This document shows, one piece after another, positions 27,181 to 43,300 of a stretch of DNA of 64,000 bases. The stretch lies in assembly GCF_009914755.1 (NCBI RefSeq), contig NC_060928.1. One strand, written 5' to 3'. Numbering within the stretch: the stretch's first letter is position 1; every line of letters begins with the position of its first letter. The position numbers were made by a program, and so were the translations under genes. The stretch comes from the human T2T-CHM13v2.0 reference genome, Homo sapiens. The notes below the pieces were generated by a model. It ran no database searches. It worked only from the letters and a program-made list of their open reading frames with translations, and was not told the origin of the DNA.

Positions 27181-28171
27181 CGTAAAGTATACAAATGGAA
27201 AGGGAACTCAAGTAAATGATTATTAAAAATTTAAATGTCTTCCCCATTTTTGAATAGATAATTACTATTGCTGAAATATATGTGAGAAAACATTAAAAAA
27301 TGTATTGAGCCTTTGACACATAGATGAAGCTTAAAAAGTGTCTTTTGAATAAATGCATAAATTAATAATAATGATTTTTTAAAGTAAAGATGAAGAGACA
27401 TTTAATAGCATCCCTAAAACATTCACTGAAGCCTCATTACAGCCTGCAAGAGTAAGCCACAGAGCCACCATATGTCAGGCAGCTAGACACCAATACATCA
27501 AAGAAGTGCTCACAGGCAGCATGAAGGACTCAGCCAGATAAGAAACTGGTTACCTACTCAAAATTTGATCACTGGTGAAATAGCATAGGAACACTGGATG
27601 TTCCTCAATAAGTTGAATTCAAGCTCACTTTATGACACCTCAATTAAGTTGTTTATCCATTTCCTCATTTTTCTCGTGTAATCCCAGAAAATGAAGCAGC
27701 ATAAAATGATGATTCAGAATTACAAGGCCATTGAAGCCTTAGGGACAGAGTAATATTATTTCGTATTAGGGACAGTGACCTAATTTGTGTCATCCTTCAG
27801 AGCTCAGCTAACTGTAAGAAGAAAACTTCCTTCAAGGCTGGATCAGTTTGGCAATTTTCCTCTATGTTATTACAGCATCCTGATTTAAGCATTTTGCACT
27901 TTATATTGCAGTGGTCTATTTACTTGTGTAAATCAGCACATGGGGGTATAAGAAAATATAGAACAAAAATTGAGCCATAAATCATAGCTACATACCCAAT
28001 ATGCTTAATACAAAGCTATATAGATTTGTAATAATTAAATGTACAATGAGTGAATGAAAGATTAATAAAGAGATAAACTTCAATGCCAGCCTCTGTAAGA
28101 ATAAAGATGACAGTTATACACAGAAGTCACTGTAAAATAATTTTGCTGAAAGATAAGAAATCTACTCCTGC

Positions 28172-28840
28172 ACATGCATATATATATATGCATATATGCA
28201 TGTGATGCATATATATATATGCATGTGATGCATATATATATATGCATGTGATGCATATATATATATGCATGTGATGCATATATATATATGCATGTGATGC
28301 ATATATATATATGCATGTGATGCATATATATATGCATGTGATGCATATATATATGCATGTGATGCATATATATACATGCATGTGATGCATATATATACAT
28401 GCATGTGATGCATATATATACATGCATGTGATGCATATATATACATGCATGTGATGCATATATATACATGCATGTGATGCATATATATACATGCATGTGA
28501 TGCATATATATACATGCATGTGATGCATATATACATGCATGTGATGCATATATACATGCATGTGATGCATATATACATGCATGTGATGCATATATACATG
28601 CATGTGATGCATATATATACATGCATGTGATGCATATATATATATGCATGTGATGCATATATATATGCATGTGATGCATATATATATATGCATGTGATGC
28701 ACACATATACATATATATGCATGTGATACACATACACACACATATGCATGTGATGCACACATATACATATATGCATGTGACGCATAAATATGCATGTGAT
28801 GCATATATATGTGCATGTGATGCATATATATACGCATGAG
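28172..28840. repeat. Minisatellite, ~28 units of GTG-ATGCAT-(AT)n[AC]-ATGCAT, period mostly 21 or 23 bp
   Basis: Counted 28 CATGTGA cores; spacings 23x5, 21x2, 23x7, 21x4, 23, 23, 21, 23, 29, 27, 27, 19, 21. Confidence 0.98.
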
Positions 28841-30049
28841 TCGATTTCTACAAGCATGCATAGAATACCTATATAAGACGTATGTGTGTATAACAATGCA
28901 CTTGCAATGGCTAGAATGTTGGCAACTTTTACAAGGAAGTTTTCAGCAGTCTAATGATTAAGATGTCTATTTATGCAATTAGGACAATAGTTACTTGGAA
29001 TTATTTAGCTTCATTATTGCCCTCACTTCTTCAAAATGCCAATTAAACCCTCCTCTGAACAGGAATAAATAATTTTAGCTGCTTTCCTGAGATAGCTACA
29101 CTTCCTGGATGCTTGATGAACTGGCTGAAAGGATGATGTTTGGCAGATGATAAGCACCATATTTGTTATGGGAAGGTAACTATCTAAACCGCAAATCACA
29201 CTCTGCCACCTAAACCAGAAGTAAGGCAGAGCATATTTCTCCACAGTTAATTGTTCATGTGGTTAGCCACTGCTCTTCCCACCTCTGAGGGGCATAGTGT
29301 GGGTGGAGGCAGAAAGGACAGATAATGCAGTAGAGGGCTTCCTTCTCTAAGGCTGCCTGCACCACAAACTTAGCGAGGTCTGTTTATGCTGTGAAAGAGG
29401 ATGTTCTGTTTTGATCAGGTTTCACAGGGAAGGTGTGGGCATATTTGCTCTTAATCTTCTGATTTATAAGTGGAGGCTTTAATTGTCTACCTTGCCACTG
29501 GGTGTGCTCAGTGAGTGCCTCGGCTGTCACTATGACATGGGTAATGCACAAACAGAGTCCCTAAGCCTCCTCAGCACTTACTTATGACTCTCTCATTTGC
29601 TCAGTCATGCAGTAAGCACGACCCCCCCACTGCCCCACAATAAACACAAATACAACTGCAAAATGGCAAATAAAATATCCTAGCAAAAGTAGTTCAATTA
29701 CTTCATTGTGAGAAGCATTGATAGACACTTTTAAATCACTGTTTTGTAAAATAAAAATGATATTCTAAAACCAATAATAAAATACCATGCGTAACCATTT
29801 CCCTCTGATTACACTTTCATTTTTTTCACTGTGTTCTTTTGCCTTCTGTTGAATTTATGCTAAATATATATTGTGCCAAAAAAGAATAAAAATAATTTTC
29901 TGTTTTATTCAAGCTCAGGTTTATTAGCAGGCAATTAATTATAACAACAATAATAGAGATGATGAAATCAAGAAGAACAGAATCTACAGGATTCAGTGGG
30001 GATCTGGCTGTTTTCTTTCACCTCTGTAGCACTGCCTGGAAGTCAGGAA

Positions 30050-30160
30050 GGCTGAATTTTGATTCCAGCTCTATCAGGTTGTACTCAGTATTGTGATCTT
30101 AATTAGTCATTTTATTTCTTTGTGCTTTAGTTTTCTGGTTTGTGTATGGTCAAAATAAGG
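30050..30160 (+). mobile_element. MIR relic
   Basis: 'gaattttgattccagctctatc...tgtgatctta...tgtgctttagttttctggtttgt' degenerate MIR core. Confidence 0.55.
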
Positions 30161-30569
30161 CATTCTCTCCTTATTGTTTTTAGGGATTTCTCAGAATCTA
30201 ATGATATTCACTCCCTTCTTGAAATTCCTTTCTTTCATAGTCTTTTTCTTGGTTTTTCTCCAATTGTCCCTCTACGACACTTCTTCTTTTCGAATGCTTA
30301 TGACTTCTCACCTGGACTTGTATAATAGCATTGTTCTTGGCCTCTCTCTCCTTTGTTTGAAACATAGTTGGCAGATAAGTTTTCCTGACATCTATCTCTT
30401 ATCCTGGCAATATCCTGGTCAAAAATAGTTACTTTTCTCAAGTGCTTGTAAAAGAGAATTGAACAAAATGGGAAATCGCCTATTTTGCAGGTGCAATGAT
30501 AAGCCTCTTTTCCCCAAAGCTCTTGTACCACAGGATTGGGAGGTAAGAGTCATCCATGCTCCTCAATGT

Positions 30570-31137
30570 TATTTCTAAATAATTATCCCGCTTCCTCTCT
30601 AAAACTCATCAGTTTTAAAATGCATGTCCCCAAACCACAGTATCTATATTAATTCAACTGTGGCTCATTCAGCACCAGTCCATCCCCCTTCATTTCTTGA
30701 ATATTTGAGCTCTTATCTCATTGCTCATTCTCTCTACTACTCGTGAATAATTATTTACAATTTTAATATCCACATGGATAAATATTCCAACATAGTGGTC
30801 TGTAAATCTCTTGATCTTCACCCAACTATGGCCAATTTTTATGGAGTAACACTATAGACCTTGTCATTACCACCAACTGCATTACATCTTTAATATCAAG
30901 ATCAAACACCCAACTCATTGTCCAGCTTTTCATAACTTTTCAGCTTATTACCTCAAATATCTGATGTCAACAACTTCTTCAACCTCATTGGGATATACAA
31001 CTTACTGAACCCATCATCTTTTTCTGTGGCTTGCCTAACATATTCTCACCCCTATCTCTGTCTAACTTAAATGATAGAGCCCATTATTATAATCACTTTC
31101 TTCCTCTCACCCTCACATTCCTTATATTCTCAGGATT
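30570..31137 (+). mobile_element. L2 internal fragment (endonuclease-like region)
   Basis: 'tttaatatccacatggat' (FNIH-like) and 'cactatagaccttgtcattacc' (TLDL-like) remnants; pyrimidine-rich L2 texture. Confidence 0.6.
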
Positions 31138-32920
<1,783 letters not shown>

Positions 32921-32924
32921 AGTT

Positions 32925-33970
32925 GTCCATACTCCCTTTTCTTAAATTTGTTCCCCCTCCTCAATTCAATATCTAACTCCCATTAGACTTTTACTTGTAC
33001 CATTTCATTAAAACGTCTTTTTCCAAGGTCACTAATGATGCCGGATTGTTAAATTTAATGGTTGGTTGTTCATTTTTACTTTATCAGCAGCACTATATAT
33101 GATAGATTATTCCCTGTCTCTTTGAAGACTTTCTTCTCTTGGCTTCTAGGACACAGTATGCTCCTCCTTTCCCTCCTACTTCTTTGTGTCCTATTTCCAC
33201 CTCCCTTGCCAATTCTACTTCATTTTTCTTTGTAAACATAAGAATAGTCCCTGGCTGTGTCCTCAGATCTCTTCTTTTTACAGACTTTCTTCTTGGCTGA
33301 TATCAACAGTCTCATTGCTTTAACTATCTAAATGACGATGACTCTCAAATGTCCATATCCCAGGCCTCTCTCTCCTGACCTGACCTTCAGATCTATATTT
33401 ACTATTGTATCTTGACATCTCCATTGGGATGTCTAATGAATAGCCCAAACAACGTAACATATTAATAAACTCCCAGTCTCACCCACTACACACACACACA
33501 CACACACACACACTCCTCAGTTTCTGCCACAGTTTTCTCTTTCTTAGCAAATAACAATAAAGTGGGTTTTGCAGTACTCCAAGCTATGCCTTTCTTTTTC
33601 TTTTTTTCTTTTTTTAAACATTCCACACATGTTGCCAAGTTAGGCCTTTGCAATGGTCTTTCCTTAGCCTTAAAGTATTTTTCCTAATATCAACATAGCT
33701 TGCTCCTTCATGTCCTTTGTCTTTGCTAGAATGTCACATTCTCAGGAGACCTTCAGTGATCCCATCCCCAGGAACTCTTGCTTCCCCTTTTTATTTCTAT
33801 CCATTGCCTTCATCAAGATTTTATTTATAATCTTTTGCTACTAATATTTATTGTTTATCCATTCTCACTGGAATACGAACTCAATGAAGTTTTGTTCCCT
33901 GAAAAATCTCACATTCAGAATACTGACTGATAACAGCAGTCTCTCAATACACATTTGTGAATGAATGAAT
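32925..33970 (+). mobile_element. L2 RT-region and 3'-end fragments
   Basis: 'tccaaggtcactaatgatg...ttatcagcagca', 'ttgacatctccattgggatgtctaat', terminus 'ctcaatacacatttgtgaatgaatgaat'. Confidence 0.8.
33488..33513. repeat. (AC)13 microsatellite
   Basis: Perfect run. Confidence 0.95.
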
Positions 33971-34824
33971 TTTGACTGGTACTCCGTCAAATTAAAAAAA
34001 TATTTAGGGAGAACTGGCAAGCAGACATCGTTATGTTCCTACCCACAGAGTATAGGTCCTTTTTTTTTTTTTAAAAAAACTCTCCAATGTTTACACATAG
34101 TGAACTTTCTTGTCTTATAATTGATCTTGCATCTTGAATCTCTGTCCCAGAAAATGCAAAATCCTTATATAGTTTCAGGCCTAAACAATAGTACCTAGGG
34201 ACTTGTTCTGTAGTTGAGTTGGATAATAAGTCTAAGAAGGTAAATGGCAAAGAAAGTGTTAAAGATATTTCTTCAATCCAGTCTAATTACTACTGATGTA
34301 AACCTAATATGTAAACATTTTTGATACCATGATTATCTGTTTCTTATAGAGAGTTAACTAAGGATTGTTGTGTGATATCATAAGCAAAATTGTTTCCGCT
34401 GGCATGGATGAAAGAGTCTCATTTTAGATATTTTGTCTTTAATTCAGTTTGGTCTAACAGCATATATTAGGAATCTTTCTTGTGCTTGGTATTGTGGTAG
34501 GTACTGAGGGAATATTGACATGCTAGTTCTTACAGTACTTTCAAAAAAAGGTAGCCATATAATAAACATGTATATTAAGGGACTAATGACATAAATATTA
34601 ATATATCATTTAACAATTAACATTTTATATGAAGAATGGTTCCAGGATGACATTACTAAAACTGTTGGTGTAATGTCAGATGTTTATGGCAGATCCTGGC
34701 CTGTCTACCATAAAACAAACTAGACACCACATTGCTACACTTTTGTTCACCACATAACTTTATGCACATTGGTGAGAACCATCCCATTGTATATTTTATA
34801 TTTATTGATTGTAAGTGATGCATA

Positions 34825-35045
34825 CTGTAGAAGCACTAGAGTAGTAAAGAGACAATCTGGGTTTAGATTCAGCTTTAAGGATAAACTAGCTGAGGAACCT
34901 TTGTTCAGTAAACATGCCCTGAGAATCTCACCTTTTTTTCTCTGTCAACAGATGATTATAATATCTCATGGAGCTATGACAATGTTTTAATAAATTATGG
35001 TAAATATTTAGTACACAGAGGATTTCAATAGTAGTTATTAGTAGC
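34825..35045 (+). mobile_element. MIR relic
   Basis: 'agacaatctgggtttagattcagct...actagctgaggaaccttg...ctctgtcaacagatgattataat'. Confidence 0.6.
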
Positions 35046-37310
35046 AGGGCTAGCATATGTCTTGTTTTTGCTGTAATATAGCTCAGTAACCTAATGGCAA
35101 ACTTTTCATTCAGCCTATTTTATGAATGCAGTTGTCTTCATTAACACTTTGTCACCTGTCTTATAGGCATAGTCCTTTTTATTTCCCTGTGGCTCTCATT
35201 AGATTTACTGCCCCTAGGGGTAGGAGCAGCCTTCTCTTTTTCTGAAGCTCTATGGAGCACCCAAGGCAGCACACTTACTGCACACAGAGAGTTTTAATAC
35301 GTTTTCAGCCCTGGGAATATTTTTTCAGAGTTAAAATTGTTATAGAAAAGCATAGACTGACAAATGGGTTGTGAAGGCCTAGGCAGTAAAGATTTACAGC
35401 AGGAATGACATTTCTCTTCCCAGTAGAGCAATTGTTGTGTTCTATTGCAGATATTCAGAGTTTTTGCAAAATTTATGGAAACAACCAAGGCATCTATAAT
35501 CTCCCCTTTTATCCTATCTACTGAAGCACTCATTTCAGGAACTTCAGAACTAACAACGGTACAAATGTGGCTCTGCCTCAAGTGTTTGGCTTCCTTTGTC
35601 TTCCTGTCTAAAAGCCCTGGCTGTTTAAAATTAATATGAAATAAACTCCAAGTCTTGTGAATAATGGAATTATACCACAGCATTTAAGTACGAAACTCTG
35701 CTCTAATAACTGCTGGATGAACAAGAAAATGGTGCCTGTGAGGATCAAACTCTGCTTATTTTTCATTTCCCCAAATACCTCCTCAAAAGATGGGCAGTGA
35801 AAAATCTACAGGGATGGGGAGGGTAACACATATCAGAAGCACTGTTAGAGATACTTGACAATATTCTACAATAAGACATTAGTGAAGTGACATCAAAACA
35901 GATCACCATAGCTAATGTCAAACATACCTTTAGATCCCACAGGGGTCTCTCAATTAGCTGTAGCAGCTGTAATATGCCTGAATTACCATCAGAGAATGCT
36001 AATTTAAAAAATCTAATTAAATATTAAGAAGGCAATACACATCCTTTCTAGTGATTTGATACCACAATTAGAGACAGATGATCACACAGACCAAGAGAAT
36101 GCTATCTCTGGCTCACAGAGTATCTTAAGTGGCATTAATACGGCGAATGGATCAACCTGCAGACATGAAGTGTTTTATACTTATTGATGTTGGCCCCTTT
36201 TTTAATGAGAAAATCTTTGAGACACAATTTACATCAGAATGTAATTTGCATACATTTGTTAAAACCACCTATTGCATCTTTAATGGCTTTTTCCTCCCCT
36301 AAACAAAGAGCTTCAGGTAAGAAATTCTCACAGCACTGTCCTAGAAAAGCCCAAACTGTCACAATCCCAGATTCCCTGACAGGCAGAAAGTAACTGAAGC
36401 TTAGTCTTTCTATCAAAAGGAAATAATCATAATTTAATCTTTGTTTCTAGAAAGCTTCCAATTGCCAGTCATGATGAACAAATACATATCATTATTACTG
36501 CTGCAAATAAATGCTTTTTTTAGCCTCCAAATATTGTATGTCTTAATTCCTTAAACATTGTATGTCTAAATTCTCCAAAACTAGAGCTGACTCCATCACT
36601 CCTGTTATATAGCTCCATAGACCATTGTCTTCCTTCTCCAGTGTCTGCCCCTTTCCCTTCGAGAGGCACATCATCGTCTCCTACCTACTCCCACCATACT
36701 TGCACTTCCAAATACACCTCTTTCCTTCACACTCTCCAGACTATTCCCAACAACCTCCATTTCTAAAATCATTCCTAATAACTACCCATTCTTTAAAATC
36801 GACTGAAGATTCAGAAGACTCAGATTACCGTCAATACAGACAAATCACATAATCTTGTAAATTTACTTTATATTTGAAAAAAAAAGTCCCAAATACTTAA
36901 CTTTTGTGTGGGAAGTGTAACTTTTGGATTTTAATTTATCTCTGATCTTCCTTCCCTTGTGTGTGTGTGTGTGTATGCATATATATTTGTATGTATACAC
37001 TGGCTGTGCTTCAAAAAGTTCTAGTGCAGCCTTGGAAATTCTACTGCAGCTTATCTCAAGATATCTCTATTTAACCTGGGAATTAGAAATGGTTCAGTTT
37101 GTGATTTCAGAAATGCCTGCTTAACTCAGTCAAACAAAAGGAGATAAGCATAGAGATTTTCTGTTGTAGCTGAAAAGGGATCATTATTTTAAATAGATGA
37201 TTTGTATGTTTTAAATCTAAAGCTTCCAAATACTAGTGATAAACATAAAGTTTACATAGAATAACAAATGTTTAATCTACATAAACTTTTTTTTATTCTC
37301 CATAAATTTT

Positions 37311-37634
<324 letters not shown>

Positions 37635-38473
37635 ATAAACTTAAATTGTGTTCTAACTGCATAATAATTTAAATAAAAGCTATCTAAATAGTGTTTTTAA
37701 ATATTGTGCTTAAAACAAGTTGGTTCTATTTAAAATTTCCAAATATAGGTAATCTGAATTGTGTATTAGACACTCTTATTTTTCATTTCACATTTGTCAT
37801 ACTTATAAGAATTACTTAACTGTGACTAATAATATTCCATTTGGCTAATAATATTTTCTGTCTAAAATTACATGAAAAATATAGCTTTGAGGCAAATCCC
37901 TATAGATGTAACCCATTTAAAATTAAGCCTTGAAGTCTCATAAAATAAACTGCTTTGAATCACAGAATCCACAAAAAAGAAAAGCTGAACAACTTCCAGT
38001 TAATCTGCAATTAACTAAATGCTTGAAGCTTCCATTAAATTAGAGCGCTCCCTGTGTCTTAGCTTCTGAGAGTAACTGTTATACTGGGTTATATTAGGGC
38101 AGGGTTAGTTTTTAAAGTTTAAGATCCTTGGAAGTAGATAGGGAATTTTAATGGGACAGGTGCTGAGTGTTAAAAGAAATTCACCCAACAGGGACAACAA
38201 ACAGTGGGTACCTCAAATACAAAACCTGCAGCCATCAGGAAGGTCTAACCAGAGAAATGGATGGTTTTCTGGGAAAATGAGCACAGTTAGAGAAAATCCA
38301 TACTTAGAGATTTAGCCCTTGGCACAGTAGATATTAGGGAAAGACTGTTATCAAGTAGCAAGCCTCTATTCTATAGTAGGAAATATTTAGTTACCATTTC
38401 TATGAATAGGTCCCACTCTCTAGGTTTTTTGCTTGAAGGAGTTTATATTTTATTCTTTCAGTATGGTTTCCAG

Positions 38474-38505
<32 letters not shown>

Positions 38506-38550
38506 CAGAGACAGAGAGAGAAAGAGAGAGAGATAGAGAGACAGAGAGAG
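38474..38550. repeat. (GA)n/(GAGACA)n purine-rich microsatellite
   Basis: Read directly. Confidence 0.93.
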
Positions 38551-40214
38551 AATGAATGTGTTTGCATGCACTTATAAAATAACTGTGAATCTCCTAATTC
38601 TGGAATTATTCATTGGATCATTACATTACATCTGATTCTAACTTGTATTTCACTTTGCTTAAGGAAAACAATAACTAAAGCTGGTTCTGCTACAAAAGCA
38701 AAAATACTGTTGTGATTATGCTGCATTACAACCTTTTAAAATATTTTATTTAAGATATATCATTAATAAAAATTATGTTCCATGTTTTAGAACAAAGGCA
38801 TCAAGTATGGTGGATAATGATCCCTAAAGGTCTTACTTTGATACCTTGGCAGAGCTGCAATCATTCATTAGAGGAGGCAGGTGTTTCTAACACTACAGAT
38901 GAAGAAATTGGGGCATAATGAACAGTATTATACTTTAATTTTGAGACAAAAAGTGAAGAAAATTATAAAACAATCCTAAATGTCAAGCCTACTGTAATTT
39001 TCAATTCCATTCAACAAATACTTATCGAGTGCCCAATATGAACATTCACGAACATAGATAATGATCTATTTGAGCCACATATGAATCTAGAACAAACGTA
39101 ATATGCTGTTAATGATTACTCTCCAGACTGTTTATCTACAGCTTACAGATTGAAACTTCTGAAATAGAACACAGCTATTCCAATATTGAGCTAACTTCAA
39201 TCTCAAGTTCACTTTGCATATATTTTCAAGGATATATATCTTAGGTTATATCACAGAAAAAGAGGAAATAAAGCATTGAAAGGAAGAATTTCTGCTGAGA
39301 GCAGGGGAAGGGATAGTTCTGCTATGAAAAGTCCAAGGATCCAAATCCTCGAAGATATTGCTCTGGAGGTCCTTTGAGATGCTATAATCCAGATTTAGGC
39401 AACCTGTGCTATTGTTTTATCTTTGAGCATCTTCTGATGTTAATTATGAGGTGCAGGAAGACTAAGATGATTGTCAGACTCTTAAGATAATCCTTCAGGT
39501 AGGAAAGTACCCATATTCCAATTCTTCTTCACCTGATCTCTAGAAGAACAACCTGATAATAATATGGCTGAATATACTTCTCCCACTGACAATGTATTCC
39601 AGTCATACAGTCAGTTTAACTAGTTACTATAAAAAATTCATTTATTGGATCTTCTAAGTCACATGGAAAGTTCAAAAATGTTTCCATACATTTCTCTGTT
39701 AACATATGTAATTTAATAATTCAGACTAACTTCATGTCTGTCAGACAAAATAAGATATTAGGATACCAAATTTCTGGTATTCTACAGAAAGCTTAAAATT
39801 TACCCAATGGATACATGGAGAAATATTATTATACTTTGCCTTTAAAACACTCAAATGATGGCTAGTTTATTTAGTACAGAAGTGTTAATAGATAAGTAGT
39901 CACAAATTGTTCCCTCCTCCACAGGAGGATTTCTTGTTGATTACTGGCTTTTACTCAATTCCTCCCATTTTTCTCTGCTCACAGAGAATTAAGCATTTCC
40001 CCAGTGCCTGAATATGTAACTGAATAAATAAATGGGGTATTGAGGAAGAATATGGGAAATGTCCAGGCTCATTGGAATTCACCTTGAGGATGCTGTAATA
40101 CTGCTCAGGTTGAAGGGGAAGAAAAGACTAGAATCTGAAGAGAAGATGTAGATGAAAGAATAGAAAGCTTGTTAGATATCTGACTACAATTCAAATATTT
40201 TTTTTTCAAATACA

Positions 40215-40350
40215 AAATTTTTTATTTAAATTTCTGACTTACAAAAAGCTGTACATAATTAATATGTACAACTACATGAGTCTGGAGATAAATATACACC
40301 CATGAAGCCATCACCACAATCTATGCCATAAACCTATTTATCACCTTTTA
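40215..40350 (-). mobile_element. L1M 3'-end fragment
   Basis: 'gtacataattaatatgtacaact...atatacacccatgaagccatcaccacaatc' is a reverse L1MA/MB terminus. Confidence 0.75.
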
Positions 40351-43300
40351 TCAGCTATGTAGCAAGTTTGCATCTTTTTGCATTTTAGTTCAAGGACAAG
40401 AAGTTTAATTTTTAAATTGACTACTCTCAAAGTCCTATGAAAGTCTTAGACAAATAAAAAAAAAGAAAAAACTGGTATTATTTGACATAGACAATTTAAG
40501 AAAAACACTCTCTCTTGTCTTATAGAGACTAGGTTTCTAAGATTTGATCTTGATATATACACCCCTCCCCCCCACATAATAACCACCATATTTTATTCAG
40601 TACTAATGTTATTGTATGCTTTTGAGATTCATTGAAAATCAATAAAGTATTTTTATGAATATTTTTTGCATCTTTTACAAATCCATTGTCCATATATTAC
40701 CATTAATTGTGTTTAATATGTGTGAACATATGTGATGCATTCCTTTTTAAACCTTAGTGTCAAAAATGATGGTATTTCTTCAGTAACATGTATTTTATAT
40801 CATCTGATAATCCAAATTATACAGAAGTCCTTTTTCCATACTTTCCTTGTATTCAGAAGCTCAGAAGTAAATTTTATGCTCAATCACATTAACTGTATTT
40901 TCTTATATATTTACATTGCCTAGTTTATATAAATTGTATCCTATATTTCTATTGTAAGATCTTTGTTTTATAGCTTTCTTAACAAAACAGACTGCAAATG
41001 AATGAAATATATTTTTATGTCTCAGTAAAAGGTTGTTGGTTTTACATGTTTGTGTAATTTTCTCTTGTTTGTTTTAAGAAAATGTAAGTAGGAAACAGGT
41101 GACAAATGAGTTGCAAAGAGTAGTAATAGGTCACGATATAAAAAACAGTTATGTATTGAAGGAAAACATAGGTTAGAAGATGGCACCTATCTTATTACTT
41201 CCTTTGTCTGTTAATGGCCCCATGTAAACAAAGTAGCCAAGTCACGGCAGAATAAAACATTTCATTCTAAACCAATCATCCACATATTTGCCTAGGGTTT
41301 TTACTTCAAAACTTTCTACAATAACTTCTCAGTTGAATTTTTAATCAAATAAGATAATAATCATGCGTGAGAAAATGAAAGTTTAGATGAGCCAACTAGC
41401 TGGAATGAATTGGAATTGCAATTTCTTATTTGATATGGGCAGCCTGCCTTGTCCATTTTGATTCATTTCTCCTATCTAGACACTAAATCAAGCTGAACTA
41501 TATCAATTACTAAGAAAGCCTGATTCCTTTATATCTTCACCAAGGTTTATTACTTTAGAATGATATGTGTGGAAAGTTCATGCAAGAGTTCCTGGCACAT
41601 GACTCCCCCATTATATTTCAACACAAAGAGAAATAAGGTCGCTTGAGAATCATACCAGAAACCTGAAGACTGGTGTTAGAATACATTATTGCACCCCTCT
41701 AAAAGTCTCAACTCAAGTGGCTACATATAGCATGCTTCATCCTCAAGACACTTATTTCAATGGTAATACAAGCCAGTGCCTGAAGTTGGCATGCATATGA
41801 GAAGACACGCAGTATGATGGCTCATCTCACAGGATTAATTCAGCAATATAGGTTGGTAATATCCAGATAAAGAAGGTTAAAACTCAGACTATATTCTATC
41901 CACACAAAAGATTTTAATCAGCAGCTAACAGAAAATCTGCAACTATCTTCTGCATACATCAAAATGAAAATTTACCTTGCTGTAGATACAAGGTTTCAGT
42001 CAACAATATTAATCATGTACCTATGACATGCAGCATGTTTGCCTCATGCATTACTTAAAGATATCTAGACACCATCAGAGATAGAAAGAGAGAGAGAGGA
42101 GAAAAAGAGAGAAGATTTTATGCTGATTCATATTTTCAGAGCTACAAACTTATAAGCTGGTTAAGAAGAATGCATTAGATCTAAAATATACTTTAATAGA
42201 GAAAATATCAATAAAATTCCAAGTTCATTAAATGCTGAATAAATTAAAATGAGTTGTGGTCTATGTAGATATATCCTGTAGGTGGACAGGTTTGTGCTGG
42301 ATTTGAAGGAGGCTAAGAATGTAGATTAGATGATGGGAATTCTAGAAAGATAGAGTCCCATGTGCTAAATCACTAGAGTCAAAACCAAGAAGTCCTATAA
42401 AGTCCTACCCAGAATTCAGGATTCCTCCATTAAGGCAATTAGAGGACTAATGGTGGCCCCAGGAGTCTTGGCTAAGGGCTAAAATGTAATCCTGCGAGCA
42501 TCTCCCCACCACGACACAAAATATTACAAGTTAAGACTGGATCACTGTCCAGAAATGTTTGGATTCCAACCAGGCATATTTAACATAATGATTCTCTAGT
42601 GTAGATGTGCAAGATTAGATACATGAATAATATAAGATCTGTCACAATCGTATCTACTGGGGACCAATAGGATTCTCAGAATATAGGACTTTCGGTAATA
42701 AAATCAAGAGCCCCAAGCAGGCCAAGAGGTAAAAATATAACATTAGGAAAAGAAAATCAATAACACAACTTCATTTTTTTAACATTACATTTTTCCTAAT
42801 AATATAGTTCTTGTGGAACTTTTAGGATTAAAAATTATTTTTAATGTGTTAATTGATACACTGGAGTATAATATCCTTCTTTAAACAGCCCATCCTGGAT
42901 TAACTTAATTTAATTTAAATTTTTGAATAATGTAATTAAATTGTGTTCACACAGTGGTTACCATGGAAAACCACCAGCAATAATAGAAACAGTAAGTGTT
43001 TGAATGTGAGATGATAATATACTCTTGTAGCACTCCAGGATTCCGATTTCAGAAGCTTACCATTGTCTTTCACATGTATAAACATAAGCATTTCTGTCAT
43101 TGCAAGCCCATAAATTGTGTCCTACTGTGGTAAATATAAATGACACTTACAATCATGTTTAATCCATACTCATATTATAATTACCATGTAATGCTACAAA
43201 ATATTTTCAAGGGAAAGAGAAAAACTTTCATGTCTGTAATTAAAAAGGTTTGCCTTCTATGAGGGGTTCAATAGTCGAGTGGGAGGAGTATGCTTCATAG

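Noticed and set aside
28172-28840. CRISPR-like look (constant palindromic core with variable spacing)
   Set aside because: The spacers are only (AT)n/(AC)n, not unique sequences; no cas genes; primate DNA.
28080-28896. Three overlapping 226-244 aa minus-strand ORFs rich in His/Cys/Met/Tyr, resembling a metal-binding repeat protein
   Set aside because: All three frames are open only because the repeat lacks stop codons on that strand; the same peptides cycle through frames as unit length changes. No promoter or splice context.
29200-29295. Partial CTCF-like motifs (GCCACCTA, CCACCTCTGAGGGGC)
   Set aside because: Key consensus positions are missing; cannot be supported without a PWM scan or ChIP data.
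35294-35683. 129-aa minus-strand ORF in unique sequence
   Set aside because: No recognisable domain or exon boundaries; length is within chance expectation for 64 kb.
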